Of a stretch of 64,000 bases of DNA, positions 18,319 through 27,921 are shown piece after piece (position 1 is the stretch's first letter; each line of letters opens with the position of its first letter). A program made the translations under genes and the position numbers. The stretch is from Candidatus Aenigmatarchaeota archaeon (GTDB lineage Archaea > Aenigmatarchaeota > Aenigmatarchaeia > CG10238-14): contig JAGVVZ010000001.1 of NCBI GenBank assembly GCA_018304545.1, forward strand, positions 159,495 to 223,494, given 5' to 3'. Below the pieces are notes generated by a model. The model worked only from the letters and a program-made list of their open reading frames with translations. It was not told the origin of the DNA and searched no databases.

Positions 18319-18925
18319 CTTCTTTCACCTTTTCAGATATTCTTTTTGCCGATAAATCTTCTGGTATTTCTTTTAATATTTTGACCTGAACTCCAACCGA
18401 GCCCAGTTTCAATATAGCATGAGAATAGCCTTTATCTATTAGATTATCTGCATAATAGCCAGCGTGCTTGATATAACCATTTTTAAATGTTTGAAATCTT
18501 CCTCTTTCACCACCTAGTTTACCTGCAGTTCTTATTTCTACGCCAACTGCCCCGGATTCCATGATTTTTTCCAGAAAGAAATTAACAATTTTTTTATAAA
18601 ATCCTCCTCTTTCAATGCTTTTTGCTATTTTGTTAGCTACAATTTGTGCATCCAAAAAAGGATCGTCTACTTCTTTTACGTCAAGCATCGGATTATCCAT
18701 TTTAAATTTTTCTTTTATCTCATCAGTTATATCGTTAATCTTCTTGCCAGATCTGCCTATAACCAATCCCGGCTTTTCTGCAAAGACCGTTATTCTTGTC
18801 CCCAGAGGCGTTCTCTGAATATCTATATGGCTGTATCCAGCACGATCGAATTTGTTTTTCAGATATTGCTCTATTTGCGTTTCTTTCATTCCTTCCTTTA
18901 TAAAATATTTTTCTACTGCCATCAT
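18284..18925 (-). CDS. rps3: 30S ribosomal protein S3
   Basis: KH domain plus the uS3 C-terminus ('GRSGKKINDITDEIKEKF', 'GVEIRTAGKLGGERGR'). Confidence 0.9.
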   Translation of the reverse strand: MMAVEKYFIKEGMKETQIEQYLKNKFDRAGYSHIDIQRTPLGTRITVFAEKPGLVIGRSGKKINDITDEIKEKFKMDNPMLDVKEVDDPFLDAQIVANKIAKSIERGGFYKKIVNFFLEKIMESGAVGVEIRTAGKLGGERGRFQTFKNGYIKHAGYYADNLIDKGYSHAILKLGSVGVQVKILKEIPEDLSAKRISEKVKEVEDKRNTKNEG

Positions 18926-19284
18926 CTCTCCTCAACGATCATTTCTAATTTACATAACTTCGATCTTTTTCCTCTATGGGACCATCTACTCTTTGGGAGC
19001 ATGAATGTAAACGTCTTGTGGGCCACTGCATTTTTAATAAATAGCTTATCAGCACTCAGCCCCATCGATTCTGCATTAGCCTCTGCATTTTCTAAAACAG
19101 ACAATATTTCCCTGCATGCTGTCTTATAATATCTTCCTGAAAGACTTCTTTTTTCTTCTATCAGATCATTCAAAAGCGATTTTGCTTTTGTTGTGGGTTT
19201 GTCTCTAATCTGATTGCATATGTAAATAGAGTCTTTCAATGAGGATTGGGCCAATGAATTTTTTGAAATAGCTGTTTTTCTCAT
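18922..19284 (-). CDS. rpl22: 50S ribosomal protein L22
   Basis: 120 aa, uL22-like. Confidence 0.9.
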   Translation of the reverse strand: MRKTAISKNSLAQSSLKDSIYICNQIRDKPTTKAKSLLNDLIEEKRSLSGRYYKTACREILSVLENAEANAESMGLSADKLFIKNAVAHKTFTFMLPKSRWSHRGKRSKLCKLEMIVEER

Positions 19285-19408
19285 GAAACCACTAAATAGA
19301 ATTAAGATTATTTAAATCTTGCTTAATGAATTTGTTTAAATGCATCTTTCCACCGCTTATTAAACATATACTGTTAGGTTTTTAAATATAAAATAAGTAG
19401 AGATTATA

Positions 19409-19645
19409 ATGACTTGGAAATTGACAGATAGACAAATGATTGGCATTGTGTTAGTCGTATATGGTCTGTCTATCGGATTAAATGCAATACTAACCACTAT
19501 TGCCTTAAAACAGTATATGGATCTGGCAAAAGGATTGAGTATGATCTTAGTGTTTTCATATGCTAATGTTATATTGAATTTTCTGTTTTGTATAACACTA
19601 CTTCTTTTAGGAAAGAGATTTTTCAAAGAAAATAAAAGACGTTAA
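19409..19645 (+). CDS. Small two-TM membrane protein antisense-inserted between rps19 and rpl22
   Basis: 78-aa ORF with two clear hydrophobic helices and a basic C-terminus. The overlapping minus-strand ORF looks less protein-like. Confidence 0.35.
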   Translation: MTWKLTDRQMIGIVLVVYGLSIGLNAILTTIALKQYMDLAKGLSMILVFSYANVILNFLFCITLLLLGKRFFKENKRR

Positions 19646-19667
19646 TTATCTTATTTACAAGCTTTAA

Positions 19668-20054
19668 TTACTTCAAAGGAATATGCTTGCTGGCTCTTGT
19701 AGCTCCAACACCAGGAGCTGAATGTCTCACTCTCCCTCTAGTAAGCGCAAATTCGCCCATTCTATGACCAAGCATCTCTTGTGTGACTGTTACAGGAACA
19801 TAAGTTTTACCGTTATGCACGCCTAGCTTAACACCCACCAATTGGGGGACAATAACCAAATCTCTTTCTTGTGTTTTATGAAACTTATCGGGGTATTTTT
19901 TTATATTTTCCAAGAGTTTTTTTTGTCTTTCAGTCAATCCTTTTTTTAACAATGATCTCCTTTCACGACTAGTTATCATCTTAGCAAATTGCTCTAGGCT
20001 TAATTCTTTCAATTCCTCGAAAGATTTTCCTTTGAATGCGAATACTTTTGCCAT
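19668..20054 (-). CDS. rps19: 30S ribosomal protein S19
   Basis: 'GVKLGVHNGKTYVPVTVTQEMLGHRMGEFALTR' matches uS19. Confidence 0.9.
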   Translation of the reverse strand: MAKVFAFKGKSFEELKELSLEQFAKMITSRERRSLLKKGLTERQKKLLENIKKYPDKFHKTQERDLVIVPQLVGVKLGVHNGKTYVPVTVTQEMLGHRMGEFALTRGRVRHSAPGVGATRASKHIPLK

Positions 20055-20125
20055 AATATCTTCTAATTATACTGAATGAGAATATTTAAATAATTAGTTC
20101 AGTATCAACTACTAAAATAAAGAAG

Positions 20126-20611
20126 TTATCCTAAAAATCTTTGACGTGCTCTATCTGCTGCAAAAGCTCCGACACCCGCACCAACACCTAAGAATACTAT
20201 TGCTGCAGGAATAGCTAACCATGGATTTATTTTGACGGCATGTAAAACTCTTTCGCCGGCATCAACAACCTGAGGTGTATTCCCTGTGGTTACCCAATCC
20301 CATAATTCACCTAAAATATCATAGTTACTTGCACATGTACTGATTGTTTCGATCGAATGTCTAATAACATATTCACCTGTTTCCTTAAGTCGTGATATAT
20401 TTGGCACAAGAAAACCTAAAACACCTTTAGGATCTTGAACAATTTGATAGCAAAATTGTCTAATAGCACCGACTTTAGATGCATAAAAAAGAGCGTCATA
20501 TGATCTTAATCCACCGAATCCTCCTGCTGTTCCACCAAGAATAGAAGCACCATGTCTAACTAATGGATTGCTATAAGTTTCTGTACTCCCATCACCATCA
20601 TAATAACTCAT
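20126..20611 (-). CDS. Glycine-zipper C-terminal-anchored hypothetical protein inserted between rpl2 and rps19
   Basis: 161 aa. 'ILGGTAGGFGG' near the N-terminus and a C-terminal TM 'NPWLAIPAAIVFLGVGAGVGAF' (GxxxG zipper). It shares 'NPWL' and Gly-rich motifs with 8201..9358. It has its own AT-rich 5' region carrying a 'tttataa' TATA-like element. Confidence 0.55.
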   Translation of the reverse strand: MSYYDGDGSTETYSNPLVRHGASILGGTAGGFGGLRSYDALFYASKVGAIRQFCYQIVQDPKGVLGFLVPNISRLKETGEYVIRHSIETISTCASNYDILGELWDWVTTGNTPQVVDAGERVLHAVKINPWLAIPAAIVFLGVGAGVGAFAADRARQRFLG

Positions 20612-20764
20612 TTAATCACCAAGTTGTTACTATCATATAGTAAGAACTATTTATAATAATATCTGTGATAAAAAGGTTAACATATCTCAATTAAGTTCAA
20701 AATGTAAGATAAATATGCCGTTTTTATAAGAATTTAATTCGTTCGTATTATACTAATCATGTAA

Positions 20765-21466
20765 CTACTTCTTTCTCTTACCCATTCTCCTTGGAGATAT
20801 TGCACCAACCTTTCTTCCTGGCGGTGCATGTCTGGAAACGCTTTTAGGAATGCCTGGCTTTGTCTTACCACCGAATGGATGGTTCACAGGACCCATAGCT
20901 ACACCACTAACTATTGGATAAAGTCTTCCTCTCTTTCTTGAAACAATAAATCTTGTGCCTGCCTTGACCCATGGCTTCTCCCTTCTGCCAGAGCCGGCCG
21001 GTGTGCCTACTGTTGCAAGGCAATTCCCATTCATCTCTCTTATTTTGCCGGACGGGAAAGAAATTCTAACTTTATCTTTAATTTTGCTCATTATGGTAGC
21101 AAAGCTTCCAGAACTTCTGCATAATTTAGGACCAGAGCCAGGATTTGTTTCAATGCTGAAAATTCTCATGCCTTCCGGTATTTTGCCTAAAGGCAATACG
21201 CTCCCCAAACCAAGTCCTTCCCAATATTTCATAGAATCTCCTACTTTGATACCCTCGGGAGCTATATGCAATTTTTGAACACCATTAGGAAATTTAACAA
21301 TTGCTAAAGGAGAATTTCTACCTTGATCATGAATTATGTCTATTACTTGACCGGAAGAAATGCTCTTAGATAGGTAATATTCTACTTTGCCGGCGTATCT
21401 GTGAGACGGCGCTCTATATCTCGGGCCTCCCTTTCCTCTTGCTCTCTGAATAATTCTCTTACCCAT
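20765..21466 (-). CDS. rpl2: 50S ribosomal protein L2
   Basis: 233 aa. uL2 motifs throughout ('GGKTKPGIPKSVSRHAPPGRKVG'). Confidence 0.95.
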   Translation of the reverse strand: MGKRIIQRARGKGGPRYRAPSHRYAGKVEYYLSKSISSGQVIDIIHDQGRNSPLAIVKFPNGVQKLHIAPEGIKVGDSMKYWEGLGLGSVLPLGKIPEGMRIFSIETNPGSGPKLCRSSGSFATIMSKIKDKVRISFPSGKIREMNGNCLATVGTPAGSGRREKPWVKAGTRFIVSRKRGRLYPIVSGVAMGPVNHPFGGKTKPGIPKSVSRHAPPGRKVGAISPRRMGKRKK

Positions 21467-21475
21467 CTATAACAC

Positions 21476-21736
21476 CTAGATCATTCCCAATTTGACAGCG
21501 ACATCGGCTGCTGCAAACTCCTTCTTTAATTTTATGAAAGCCTTCTTTCTGCCTTCCCTTGTTATTGACGTATTGATTTTCTCTATTTTAACCTTGAACA
21601 ACTCTTCGAATGCTCTTTTTATATCCTCTTTTTTAACTCTTTTATCGACAATAAATACGATTTTATTTTCTTTCTCTACCAAAGACACGTTTTTTTCTGT
21701 CATGTTGGGATATTTCAAAACTTCATAAGCGTCCAT
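21476..21736 (-). CDS. rpl23: 50S ribosomal protein L23
   Basis: 86 aa, uL23-like. Confidence 0.9.
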   Translation of the reverse strand: MDAYEVLKYPNMTEKNVSLVEKENKIVFIVDKRVKKEDIKRAFEELFKVKIEKINTSITREGRKKAFIKLKKEFAAADVAVKLGMI

Positions 21737-22531
21737 CTAAAACACCTTTAATTTTTCCATAGCTGATTGTGACCATATAGTCAGCCTTCCTGCATCTGCA
21801 CCCGGAGCCAAAATTTCCGTGTTTAAATCATCAACTCTTATTACATTAACACCTGGTATATTAACGGCTGCTTTGCTTATTCCCTTATCGTCTGTCACCA
21901 CTACTAGTGGACCTATCTTCTTCTTGTATCTTCTACCTCTAAGTTTCCCTCTGCCGGGCTTTTCTTTTTTAATCTGGCATCTCTTTAATTCGTCTTTTAA
22001 TCCCAATGATAAAAGCAGTTTCTCAAAATCCTTGGTTTTCTTTATTTCTTGGACATTATCTTCTAAAACTATAGGCAGTTCATTTATTCCACTAACCCTG
22101 TGTCCCCTGTTCTGGACCAAGATTTTGTCTGCTGTAGCAGCAATAGCTGATTTTAACGCGACGATATTTTCTCTATTGTTTATTTTTAATTTCCATACTT
22201 TCTCGACTTTAGGTGGGTGGGATCTTCTACCTTTAACTGTTTGCGGTACCTCTCTTGCACGGAAAGTCATGTGAGGAGCACCGCCATGAAGTCTAGGCAT
22301 TCTCGCCTTATTCTTATTCATCATAGAATACCTATATCTTCTCTTACCATGATAATGAGCTGCTGTTCTCATACCTGCCATAACATCTGCGCCGTAAGGC
22401 TGTCTTTTAGCACTTTGTAAAGATAACACTGATCTCTTAATTAAATCCGGTCTGAAAGGAGATTCGAAAATTTTCGGTAGATCTATTTTTGTTTTCGTTT
22501 TTCCATCTACGCTGTAAATATTAACCTTCAC
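21737..22531 (-). CDS. rpl4: 50S ribosomal protein L4
   Basis: 264 aa, uL4-like ('QPYGADVMAGMRTAAHYHGKRRYR'). Confidence 0.9.
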   Translation of the reverse strand: MKVNIYSVDGKTKTKIDLPKIFESPFRPDLIKRSVLSLQSAKRQPYGADVMAGMRTAAHYHGKRRYRYSMMNKNKARMPRLHGGAPHMTFRAREVPQTVKGRRSHPPKVEKVWKLKINNRENIVALKSAIAATADKILVQNRGHRVSGINELPIVLEDNVQEIKKTKDFEKLLLSLGLKDELKRCQIKKEKPGRGKLRGRRYKKKIGPLVVVTDDKGISKAAVNIPGVNVIRVDDLNTEILAPGADAGRLTIWSQSAMEKLKVF

Positions 22532-22536
22532 TTAAA

Positions 22537-23517
22537 TCACTTCTTTATTTCTTTAATTTCAGATATTAAAAGTGGTGTTTTCGGCGGTCTCAAAGCGTGT
22601 CTCATCATTATTAATCTTTTTTTTGGACCGGGTATAGAACCTTCCAGTAATAAATAATTCCCTTTGACAACACCATAATTAGTAAAACCGGATGCAGGAT
22701 TTATTTCATTCAGTTTATCTCCAATTTTTACGACACGCTTATTGAACTCGGTCCTTGTGAAAAATCCAAGTTGACCCGCTTGAGGAATAGTCCATCTTAC
22801 TCTCCTAGGTGTCTGCGGACCCAAAGTACCTATGTGTCTTCTTCTTTTAGCTGCTTTTCTGATTTGGATTTTAACGCCCCATCTTTTGACCACACCTTGA
22901 GTTCCAAAGCCTTTTGTAACAGAAGAAACATCTATATACTCTCCCTCCTTGAACACTTCATTTATTTTTAGTTCTTTACCGAAAACTCCGCGAACGAAAT
23001 TTATTTTGTCTTTAACTGAATTGCCGCCAACACCTAGTTCAAAAACCTCTGGTGTTTTTTTGCCTACACCTGATACATTAGGCTGGGCTCTAACCACAAT
23101 CGAAACATCTGATATTTTATCACCATTCTTCTCAACTTCTTCAAACTTTGAAACTGGATGTCCCATTGGTTTCAGTTTTCTCATAAGATACTTGTCTTTT
23201 TTTGTATTCTCATCCCAAATTTCTGTTAAAACTTTTGATCCATTATGAGTTGACGTATAGAATCTGACAGCAAGAATTTTTATGGGAGGACAGTCCAAAA
23301 CTGTGACAGGAATAGAAATTTGATCGCCTTTTGTCGGTGAGTTTTTTCTGGTGTCTACAGCAAGAACCTGAGTCATTCCAGCCTTATAACCGGAAAATCC
23401 GATGATCTTTGCTATGTCAATATTCGGCCATCTGTTAATATGTGGATAAATTCTTTTTGCTCTTTTTTTAGGAACATACGCAAGCGAACCTCTTCTAGAT
23501 CTTTTGGTTCTGGGCAT
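22537..23517 (-). CDS. rpl3: 50S ribosomal protein L3
   Basis: 326 aa, uL3-like ('FSGYKAGMTQV', 'KGFGTQGVVKRWGVK'). Confidence 0.95.
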   Translation of the reverse strand: MPRTKRSRRGSLAYVPKKRAKRIYPHINRWPNIDIAKIIGFSGYKAGMTQVLAVDTRKNSPTKGDQISIPVTVLDCPPIKILAVRFYTSTHNGSKVLTEIWDENTKKDKYLMRKLKPMGHPVSKFEEVEKNGDKISDVSIVVRAQPNVSGVGKKTPEVFELGVGGNSVKDKINFVRGVFGKELKINEVFKEGEYIDVSSVTKGFGTQGVVKRWGVKIQIRKAAKRRRHIGTLGPQTPRRVRWTIPQAGQLGFFTRTEFNKRVVKIGDKLNEINPASGFTNYGVVKGNYLLLEGSIPGPKKRLIMMRHALRPPKTPLLISEIKEIKK

Positions 23518-23770
23518 TTATATCACTCTTAGAATTTATGATGCAAGGTTTAATAAGGTTTTCTTTTATATCGAATTAATACTATTTAAAGCAATAAATC
23601 ATTTTTTGTTCTCAGACTCTGCGCCTACTAATGCTGTTAGAAGGCACGAAAATGATAAAAGCCACGTTTCTAAAAAATCAATCCAAAAATTGTCAGGTCT
23701 TAAATACATTCTAGCAAAACTCAAAAAACATCACAGTAAAGTTAATTAAGCTTTTTGTGTTAAATGATGT

Positions 23771-24028
23771 ATGGTTTACATACAGTTCCAAATACCGAAT
23801 GATATAATTGACCTTGAATTTGGTTACAGATTGTTTGTTTACAAATCAGCAGACGGTTATATAGGAAATATAATAGATAGAAATGGCAAACCCGTTGCTG
23901 TAAGTCGCGTCGCTTCTCTAGATGTAACAATAAAATATGGAAAACAATATTTTGAATATAAAGTTAAACCGAGGTGCCTATTTGATCTCTGCATAAAATC
24001 AAGACAGTCTTCATATTCACCTACATAA
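23771..24028 (+). CDS. Hypothetical small protein
   Basis: 85-aa ORF with no recognizable family. Confidence 0.25.
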   Translation: MVYIQFQIPNDIIDLEFGYRLFVYKSADGYIGNIIDRNGKPVAVSRVASLDVTIKYGKQYFEYKVKPRCLFDLCIKSRQSSYSPT

Positions 24029-24033
24029 AAAGG

Positions 24034-24612
24034 TTAATCCATCCACTTAGGTTTTATTCCAAATTCCTCTAAATATTTTGAAATTTCATAGATTGGCAAA
24101 CCAGCTATGCATGATGAAGTACCTTTAATACATTCAACAAAAATTGAAAATTTTTTCATGTGAAAAAAACCGCCCGCACCATTGAAACCTTCTTGTGTTA
24201 AAACATACGCATTTATCTCATCTTCCGTCAGTTTTTTTATTTTGAGAGTTGTTTTAGCATGACTTACAGCTATATTCCTAGAATCCACTATAGCAAAACC
24301 GGTTATTGCAATGACTTTCTTTCCGCTCAGCATTCTTAACATTTCTTTGGATTTTTCCTCGTTCTTTGGTTTGCCCAACAGTTCGCCGTCAACCAACATC
24401 ATCAAATCTGCTCCTAAAACAACAGCATCTTTGTTTCTCAATGCTATATGTTCTGCCTTTTTTAATGCCAATTTTTCAACATATTCTTCGGGTGATCCGT
24501 AGCTATCGACAATCTCTTCTACATCGCTAGAAATCATATCAAACTCATACCCTGCCCTTTCCAATATCTCTTTTCTACTTGGAGAACTCGAAGCTAAAAT
24601 TAATCTTTTCAT
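24034..24612 (-). CDS. maf: Maf-family nucleoside triphosphate pyrophosphatase
   Basis: 'LILASSSPSRKEIL' matches the Maf N-terminal signature. Confidence 0.85.
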   Translation of the reverse strand: MKRLILASSSPSRKEILERAGYEFDMISSDVEEIVDSYGSPEEYVEKLALKKAEHIALRNKDAVVLGADLMMLVDGELLGKPKNEEKSKEMLRMLSGKKVIAITGFAIVDSRNIAVSHAKTTLKIKKLTEDEINAYVLTQEGFNGAGGFFHMKKFSIFVECIKGTSSCIAGLPIYEISKYLEEFGIKPKWMD

Positions 24613-24648
24613 AATATTTGTTAAAGATTCAAAACTATATAATCACTA

Positions 24649-25203
24649 TTGATTATTATGAACGAGTGTGTCTTTTGTGCTATAGCTAGTAAGAAAATTA
24701 AAAGTAGAATCGTGTATGAAGACGATGCCACTGTATCCGTATTAGATATAACACCTAAATCGAAGGGCATGTGTTTAGTTATACCAAAAAAACATTTCGA
24801 TTTCTTTGATGAAGATATACAAACAGCAACAAAAACTTTCAAATCTGCTTTAATAGTGGCACAAAAAGTCAAAACTTCTCTGAACCCGTTAACAATTTTC
24901 TTTGCATCACTACAGGCCCAGATACCTCATTTCAATATAAGAGTATATCCCGTTTATGAGAACCAAATCCCACTAATAGAAAATAGGCCCATAGAGGTTG
25001 ATGAAAAAGAAATGAATGAAATAGCGAATAAGATAAGATCAATTGATGTGCATTCGCCGGAAGAGACTGAAACTGAGGAAGTTGTTGAAGAAGAGCCCAA
25101 ACAAGAGATTGTTGAAATAGAAAAAAAGGTTGCTGTTGAAAAAGATGATAGACAGAGAGACGATAAAAAATTTTGGTTCAAAAAATCATTTGAAACGGCA
25201 TGA
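24649..25203 (+). CDS. HIT-superfamily protein with acidic C-terminal tail
   Basis: 'CVFCAI' N-terminus, a HIT-like fold with a variant triad ('IPHFNIRVYP'), and an E/K-rich tail. Confidence 0.6.
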   Translation: MIIMNECVFCAIASKKIKSRIVYEDDATVSVLDITPKSKGMCLVIPKKHFDFFDEDIQTATKTFKSALIVAQKVKTSLNPLTIFFASLQAQIPHFNIRVYPVYENQIPLIENRPIEVDEKEMNEIANKIRSIDVHSPEETETEEVVEEEPKQEIVEIEKKVAVEKDDRQRDDKKFWFKKSFETA

Positions 25204-25212
25204 GGTGATATA

Positions 25213-25707
25213 ATGAAAATGGATGTTGAAATCGTAGACGTTTTACAAGAAAAGGGCAAATACGAAGTTATTATAGGTCAGGGAAATTTTTCTGTTTTAA
25301 CTGTGGATGATCTTTATATGGTATTGAAAAAATCCGCCGGCAAAGGAGAGTTTGCGATTGCTATGAACGAATCTGATCCTAAGTTGGTTAGAGTCAACGG
25401 CACAAATGAAGAACTGAAAAAACTGGTGGCAGAAGCAGCATTGAAAATAGGTGCAGGACACTGCTTTGTTATATTTATGAAAGATATTTATCCCATCAAC
25501 GTGCTGACAGAAATAAAACATTACCCAACAGTCTGCAACATTTACGTTGCTACATCCAACAAACTACAAGTATTAACAGTGGAGACAAATCTAGGTAAAT
25601 CGATTGTAGGAATAGTTGATGGATATACTATGGAAAAAATCGAAAACGATGATGAGAAAAAACAAAGAAGAGATCTCATAAATAAAATAGGTTTTGGTTT
25701 ACCATAG
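25213..25707 (+). CDS. Conserved archaeal protein (adenosine-specific-kinase-like/DUF family; assignment tentative)
   Basis: 164 aa. Overall layout resembles small conserved archaeal proteins; I could not confirm a family from sequence alone. Confidence 0.4.
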   Translation: MKMDVEIVDVLQEKGKYEVIIGQGNFSVLTVDDLYMVLKKSAGKGEFAIAMNESDPKLVRVNGTNEELKKLVAEAALKIGAGHCFVIFMKDIYPINVLTEIKHYPTVCNIYVATSNKLQVLTVETNLGKSIVGIVDGYTMEKIENDDEKKQRRDLINKIGFGLP

Positions 25708-25746
25708 AAAGATTTTTGTAATTCAATGTTTCATCTTATTAACAAT

Positions 25747-25818
25747 GCATCAGTGGTCCAGTGGCTAAGATCCTGGCCTTCCAAGCCAGTGACCCGGGTT
25801 CGAATCCCGGCTGATGCA
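25747..25818 (+). tRNA. tRNA-Gly (anticodon UCC)
   Basis: Acceptor GCATCAG/CTGATGC, anticodon arm CTGGC-CTTCCAA-GCCAG, T arm CCGGG-TTCGAAT-CCCGG, discriminator A. CCA is not encoded. Confidence 0.85.
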
Positions 25819-25877
25819 TAATTGAAAAATTACAAAATCTTAAATCCTTCAGTCTTTTCTAAAATTAAAGAAATAAC

Positions 25878-26558
25878 ATGGTTTACGATAGTTCAGTAGT
25901 TCAAGCTGGATATAATAAAGAACTCTATGAGAATAGCCATGAGTTTTATAGAGCCTTAAACAGAGTCTCCAAAATAATAATAGATTATCCTATTGCACTT
26001 GCAGCATCTGCTGCAACACTTCCAATAATCGGTGCTACTGCTATTCTAATAAAACTCGAGTCATATGGACCTGTATTTTATATTCCAACAAGAATTGGCG
26101 AAGATTGTAAACCAATTAAAGTTCGTAAATTGAGAAGCATGGTTCATGGGGGGAGAGAAATGTTAAATGGGAAAATGCTAGATGGCTATGAAAGTTCTGG
26201 TGCTTATCTTCGTGATAAAGAAACATTTATCACGAGAATAGGAAAGGTTTTAAGAAAATACAGTTTAGATGAGATGCCGCAATTTTGGGATGTGTTATTA
26301 GGTAGAATGAGCTTAGTTGGACCAAGAGCTTTGCATCCTCTTGAAGTTAAAAATCTTCCTCCAGAAGCTTTAGAAAGGTTTTCTTGTCCTGCCGGTATTA
26401 CTGGAAACTGGCAAATAAGTAACAGATCTGGCCCAGAAGAAAGAACTATGTTAGATATAAATTATGCAAGAAGATACAATAATGAATGGATTATTCCATA
26501 CGACCTAGAAATTGTTTTTAAAACCGTTCTTTATGTTTTATTTGGTAAAAATCACTAA
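25878..26558 (+). CDS. Polyprenyl-phosphate sugar-phosphate transferase (bacterial sugar transferase/PglC-WbaP C-terminal-like)
   Basis: N-terminal re-entrant helix and the signature 'DEMPQFWDVLLGRMSLVGPRA'. Confidence 0.85.
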   Translation: MVYDSSVVQAGYNKELYENSHEFYRALNRVSKIIIDYPIALAASAATLPIIGATAILIKLESYGPVFYIPTRIGEDCKPIKVRKLRSMVHGGREMLNGKMLDGYESSGAYLRDKETFITRIGKVLRKYSLDEMPQFWDVLLGRMSLVGPRALHPLEVKNLPPEALERFSCPAGITGNWQISNRSGPEERTMLDINYARRYNNEWIIPYDLEIVFKTVLYVLFGKNH

Positions 26559-26577
26559 TAAGAATTAGTGAGGCATA

Positions 26578-27249
26578 ATGAAAATGATTAAAATGATTTT
26601 TTATTTTTTACTCGAAATGGTCACAATGCTAGCATACATAACTTCTGGTTTGTTGGGATATTTTTGGAAATTAAAAACAACTAAAAATCTGAAATCGAAA
26701 AGGTCCACTGCTGTTATAATTCATGGCTGGTTAACGCAGAGTCCTATGTTGTTTTTACAAAAATGCTCATTAGAAAAGGAAGGATATAATGTGTATATTC
26801 CTGAGTTTGGATGGCAGTTAGGAGATATAAAAGAATTAACTGAAAAATTAGACTTGTACTTGAAAAACAAAAATCTGAAAAACGTAATTTTAATAGGCAA
26901 TAGTTTAGGATCAATAATTTCATTAAAATATCTGAATACGTACAATGGATGGAAACGTGTCAGAAAATTTATCAGCATATCCGGTCCATTTCGTGGATCA
27001 AACCTCGCATATTTAGCATTCTGGTTTTCCAAATCAGCTAGGCAAATGCTACCAGATTCTAAATTTTTAAAAGAATTATTAGCGAACATTAAGAATAAAA
27101 ACAAAATAACATGTGTTAGTGCAGAAATAGACTTCATAGTCCCAAGATTAAGTAGTCAAATAAAAGGAACTAATAATAAAATAATAAAAGTTTTAGGTCA
27201 CACTAATCTTCAATTTCTATTTCCGTTGTATTATAGAGAAGTTATCTAA
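26578..27249 (+). CDS. Alpha/beta-hydrolase (esterase/lipase-like)
   Basis: 'AVIIHGW' and nucleophile elbow 'GNSLGS'. Confidence 0.6.
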   Translation: MKMIKMIFYFLLEMVTMLAYITSGLLGYFWKLKTTKNLKSKRSTAVIIHGWLTQSPMLFLQKCSLEKEGYNVYIPEFGWQLGDIKELTEKLDLYLKNKNLKNVILIGNSLGSIISLKYLNTYNGWKRVRKFISISGPFRGSNLAYLAFWFSKSARQMLPDSKFLKELLANIKNKNKITCVSAEIDFIVPRLSSQIKGTNNKIIKVLGHTNLQFLFPLYYREVI

Positions 27250-27346
27250 TGCTCGTTAGACATAATTGCTCGATAACGTATCTAACTTTTAATTTGAACG
27301 TACACAAAACAAATATTTTATAAACTTTCTTAATTCTATTTAATTT

Positions 27347-27811
27347 ATGGCTACATTCACTTCAGACGAAAAAAAAATAATTGAATATGCAAAAAAAGCA
27401 ATAGTAAAATATAACAAATTACGTAAAGCAAATTTAGGAATTGATACACTATACGCTTTTGTTATGTCGGATGGCGGAAAAATATACGATGGTGCTTGTT
27501 TTGAAACAAATATTTCACATAGTAACATCTGTGCAGAAAGACATGCAATAGCGAATATGATTTTAAAAGAGACTTACAAAGCAAAGGTAAAAATTGTGGT
27601 TGTAGCGGATCCTGTACCAGATATACAAAAACATAGCACTCTTCCCTGTGGCACATGCAGACATGTTATAAGAGAATTTGGCGGACCAGATACTACGATT
27701 ATATGCATACAATATATTCAGCGAAAAGGGGATTGGATATTTCCTAAAATAGAAAAACATAAAATAAAAGAACTTTATCCGCAACCTTACACACCTGTTA
27801 AGTGGGATTGA
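27347..27811 (+). CDS. cdd: Cytidine deaminase
   Basis: Zinc-binding motifs 'CAERHAI' and 'PCGTCRHVI'. Confidence 0.8.
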   Translation: MATFTSDEKKIIEYAKKAIVKYNKLRKANLGIDTLYAFVMSDGGKIYDGACFETNISHSNICAERHAIANMILKETYKAKVKIVVVADPVPDIQKHSTLPCGTCRHVIREFGGPDTTIICIQYIQRKGDWIFPKIEKHKIKELYPQPYTPVKWD

Positions 27812-27921
27812 TAGCACACAACATACCCGTGTGAGATAAAATAATGTTATGTACAACTCAAATTTTTTTCAGAAATTTTACGATTTCTACAATTTTCACT
27901 TTGTTAAAACTTCTCTCAATC

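Noticed and set aside
19360-19626. 88-aa minus-strand ORF in the rps19-rpl22 spacer
   Set aside because: It competes with the plus-strand two-TM ORF. Its translation is less protein-like, with no hydrophobic periodicity or domain, so the plus-strand ORF was preferred, at low confidence.
21819-22420. Plus-strand ORFs (151 aa, 67 aa) inside rpl4, and similar antisense ORFs inside rpl3, rpl2, dnaK, dnaJ, secY, Lhr and other genes
   Set aside because: They are antisense to strongly supported conserved genes, have low-complexity S/L/F-rich translations and lack independent start context. They are typical shadow ORFs.
23504-23749. 81-aa plus-strand ORF upstream of rpl3
   Set aside because: It overlaps the rpl3 start and promoter region. 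It has a low-complexity translation and no support.
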